64,000 nucleotides of DNA from assembly GCA_020891255.1 (NCBI GenBank), contig BQFW01000002.1, positions 2,418,001-2,482,000 on the forward strand, read 5' to 3'. The notes below the pieces were generated by a model. The model was not told where the DNA came from and searched no databases. It saw nothing but the letters and a program-made list of their open reading frames with translations. The position numbers and the translations under genes are program-made. Every line of letters starts with the position of its first letter. Within the stretch, counting starts at the first letter, position 1. Source of the stretch: Entomortierella parvispora E1425. Taxonomy: Eukaryota; Fungi; Mortierellomycota. Below are positions 60,316 through 64,000 of this stretch, piece after piece.

Positions 60316-63300
60316 ATGTCCGGGCATGAGTCAAAGCCGACTCTGCCCCGCTCGACCATCCGGACTGCCGTTTGCCCGGGACATCTCATTGGACATCCCA
60401 CGGTCGTCATGACCCAGTCCCGGCCATTGTCTCCTCCTTTGGCGCCTAGTGACAGTGCGTCATTCCACACCGAAGCAGGAAACGAGTCTACATTTCTTTC
60501 TGGCAGGAGGACTACAAGCTCATGCGATGATGCATTCGAAGCAAAGCTCTGGAGCATGGTCCCTGCAAGCTTCCTTCCCCCGCCTGCCACTCCGAGCACA
60601 ACAGGATCTGTAGTACAAAGAGCAAGCAGTCAAAGACCAACCCTGGATGACACCATGGATCGTTCAGAATGGTTGTCTTCAAGACAGGTACGACGAAGGC
60701 ACTGGTGGCGATTAGATATGCGCTTTCTTGTAAAGGCTTGCTGTCGATATATGTACTGATGATCTTGCTCATTCAGGAACGAGCCGACCCTTCGAGTCCG
60801 AGGGAAGCGCTCTCAAAACTCAGTTTAAGCCGGGAAATGGTATGTAGCCAAAGGCAATCACACAATGCAAGCCCCTGTTAAAAGCCATATTGTCGTGTTT
60901 CTGACTTTTAAGGACCCTTCTGCGTTTAGAACCCACTTGCGACACAAAGCTCCTTGCCCAGGAAACGGCGGTCAAGCTCGCCTCTGGACATCTCCCAACG
61001 ATCACAGCCCAGACATGTAGTTCCAACGCCGCGCAGCGCGGTACCATGTCCGAGAGAGCTACCTACAGATGAGGACAGTCCCTTCTCAGTCACCGAGGCA
61101 ACAAGACCCAACCTGTTTTCTCCACCCAACGGCAACTTTTTTAGACGTCATCGCGCTTCTACCTCAGTGGCAACGAGCAGGGATCAAATTCGGGAGACTG
61201 TACCAACACCGTTTCTTTTACGCTGCCAATCTTGGGACCCGGATATACCAACGCGCTCTCCCACGGACAGACGAGCAAATCGCTCTTTTACTCCAACTAA
61301 TTTCTCAAAGGACGGCTCCCCTGAACTGCCTATTGGCGGTGCTCTTGGAGGCGGCAGATCAAGCGCGCATTTGACAAGGATATTGGAGCCTTTGCCTCCC
61401 GAACTATGGAGGATAGACGATCAAACCATGTTGACGGGGGCCTCTTCTCCTGGTGAAAATGTGCTAGGACCTCCAACTCTTATCAGAACCGATGGCGAGG
61501 GATTGTTAACGGACAAACCAGTATTGAAATCATCTCCGGTATTACCAGAGTCAGATTCCAGCGAAGAAGCAGGTCTAGCCTCGCCTTCCAATCAACAAGA
61601 AGCCATCGCAGAGGTTAGAGGAATTTTTAGGACACCCACAAAGAAATCTTCTCATCGACATCCCACCTCTCCTGTCATTGCGAGGGCCTCTGGAAGCGAA
61701 TCATCTTCGAGGCGGAGTAGTCTTACGGATCTGAACCCTAGCACACCAATGCCGAGGACTCCTATAACCAACATTTCCAGGCACCGAATGAGCTTAAACG
61801 GCGATGCCTCCAAGTCTTCTGACCAAGGCAGTTCAATCTTGACTAGTCCGTCGGTGGGAATTCAGTGGTCGCCGTCGATGGAAACTCCGGTCAAGAAGAG
61901 GACGAGTACAGGTCCGCTCAGGACCCCAATCGATAATTTGCGAATGAAACTCCAAGGAATCCCACCTCAAGGAGCTGCCGAGTCCCCATTAGATGTTGCG
62001 GATTGCGACGGATGGTCAACCAATCTGGAAACACCACCCCGAAAAGTGGTCGGCGGGAGTGCAGAACGCTCTGAGACTCTAGTTGACGATAGTGTTTTGG
62101 CCAAGCTTCGGGGCGCACCCCATGCAAGTCCTCCACTCAGAGAGAGGCGACGCAGTTCATCGTCATCAGTCGAGGGGTCGTTTTATTCAGCCACCTCGTC
62201 TCTAAATGACCGAGTGGCCGACTATCAGCTTGCAGAAGGCGCAGGTCAGGAGCGCACGGAAATCATAATTGCTCACAAATCACCTACACTGCCGATCAAG
62301 GAAGAGGAGGTGGAAAGATCTCAATTACTGGAGGATGGCCACGTAAACTCATGGGCAACAGCGGACTTGAATATTAAGCCGGAAGACATGGGCGTAGCGA
62401 TTTTATCGGTACCATCGGTCCCTCTTATCGACACAGACTTGACACTACCTATGTCGTTCCTGCAGGAAATTCAGGATCCCGAGAGTCCAATATTGCAAAG
62501 CACGCAGGCATCCGACAGTGGCCTTCTTTACGATGACCATCTTGATGGGATCTCAAGCTCTGCTCTCGATAAGGCTCTTCGTAGCAAATCGAATGAAAGC
62601 AGTGCTTACGCAACGCAGAGCAGGCGGGACAGTCGATCTCAGAGGTCCAATCGGGACGGCGGCCCTTATTCTCGCGACAGTTTGAAGAAAGGAACGTACT
62701 CCTCTCATTCACAAGACCTTCTCCCTGAGAACCTGCCGCTCGATGAGCCGTGGATTTTATCTTCGCCCGTAATGGACGATCACGACATGGACATTGATGT
62801 CAAGATTGAGGATGTCGGTGTTGGACCAAACGGACTTTACGTTGATATGCAAACTCGGGGCGACACCGCCGCGATTGAGGATGACTTTGACAATATTGCC
62901 TTCAGTCAGTTGGATGATGGCTTTAATATTATGGAACCCACGCAAGGCCCGCCACCCCAGCGCAGGAAAAGCCACGGGCATACAAAAGAGGCTCTCGTCG
63001 GCCAGCCTGCCATTCAAGAGATTGCGGCTACAGCTAAACCTCGCACTGCAGACGAGGTTGATTGGCTTTCAGCCAGCAATGCCATGCTGGGGGACATGCT
63101 GCTGCCCCGGAGGAATGATTTGATGTCAGATCATGCAGAGTCTTCAGCAGAGGTTCCTCGACAACCGCCGCCCAGTCTGACGGGATTTGCTTCTGCTTCT
63201 GGAAAGAAGTTGAAGCCCGTTTCTAAGGACACTCTGGCGAAGTTTGCCCGTTTGCTTGATGACAACGGAGGCAGTGGAGAAACGGGGATGGTCGAATCCG

Positions 63301-64000
63301 AGGATTGCGCCACAAATCGCCAGCCCCCGGTTATGACTGGATTCAGTAGCGGCGCAGGAAGGAAATTAGCCCCTATTTCCAAAGACGCGCTGAAGAAAGC
63401 AGCCGGTCTCTTTGACGACGTGGAGCACGACATTGATCCTATGAACATTGTAACGGGTGTCCAAGGCGCCCTACGGGATGTAATCCCACCTATGGTTGGA
63501 TTTGCGTCTGCTGGGGGAAAAAACCTCGCGCCGCTATCCAAGGAAGCCCAGGAGCGGGCTAGGCGGCTATTCGAGGACGAAATGCCATGGACATCGGGAT
63601 GTTCTGATACAGTTAGTACAGAAAGAGAGCCAGTTCTCGGAGGGTTTGCATCAGGAACAGGCAGAAAGCTCGCCCCTGTCTCCATTTCGTCTGTTGAGAA
63701 GTGGTCAAAAACGTTGGACTTGGACAGCGCTCCAGCACCATCCATCCACTCTGCAGGGGGGTTCTCTTCGGGCAAAGGAAACCCGCTAGCACCAATATCA
63801 GAGTCTGCGCGTGGTCGAGCACTCGGACTCTTGGAAATGGAGCATCCTCCAGTATCTGTAGTCTCAGTGCGTGATTCTGGTGCTATGCCTCTGGCAGGCA
63901 AGAACAGCATACATCCTTCAATTCAAGGACCAAAGCCCGGTCAAACCGCGGGTCAGGATTCGCAAGTGCCTAGGCAGTCTGCTGTCTCTGCCAACATGGC
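60316..64000 (+). CDS. BRCA2: BRCA2/Brh2 homologue, 5' part; exons 60316-60687, 60777-60839 and 60930 to beyond 64000
   Basis: A frame open from 60930 to the window end (missed by the ORF track because it has no stop) encodes a long disordered region followed by five BRC-type repeats F(A/S)S(A/G)xG(K/R/N). The DNA-binding domain lies outside the window. Confidence 0.87.
63186..63839 (+). repeat. Five 26-aa BRC repeats (63186-63263, 63342-63419, 63501-63578, 63645-63722, 63762-63839)
   Basis: FASASGKKLKPVSKDTLAKFARLLDD; FSSGAGRKLAPISKDALKKAAGLFDD; FASAGGKNLAPLSKEAQERARRLFED; FASGTGRKLAPVSISSVEKWSKTLDL; FSSGKGNPLAPISESARGRALGLLEM. Confidence 0.9.

Overview
Eukaryotic, intron-rich fungal DNA, most likely Mortierellaceae (early-diverging fungi). 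This is inferred from short GT-AG introns with poly-T tracts, a phenylalanine hydroxylase, and the FAD-monooxygenase family type. I read about 22 protein-coding genes: an AtaL/DUF1857 protein, a 4-TM protein, an FAD monooxygenase, a CAMKK-like kinase, PAH, JMJD7, a GT49 glycosyltransferase, INTS3, a DHX33/Dhr2-like helicase, APC1, PRCC, a NEO1/ATP9 flippase, three orphans, REX2, TCTP, a secreted Cys-rich protein broken by an in-frame TGA, a Baeyer-Villiger monooxygenase, an RluA pseudouridine synthase, and the 5' part of a BRCA2 homologue. A gene-free stretch at about 54-58.4 kb holds a decayed PIF1-family helicase. No tRNA, rRNA or CRISPR array was recognised. The best leads are: (1) an in-frame UGA at a position where Cys would complete an even Cys set in a secreted protein; (2) a 95-residue acid-free, mitochondrial-presequence-like extension on PAH; (3) a BRCA2 with at least five BRC repeats and two copies of a motif resembling human BRCA2 W194-P202; (4) the PIF1 relic; (5) a perfect 21-bp inverted repeat; (6) unusual TCTP introns. 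Exon boundaries were read by eye. Family calls rest on recognised motifs, not on database searches. I found no single proven novel multi-gene system.
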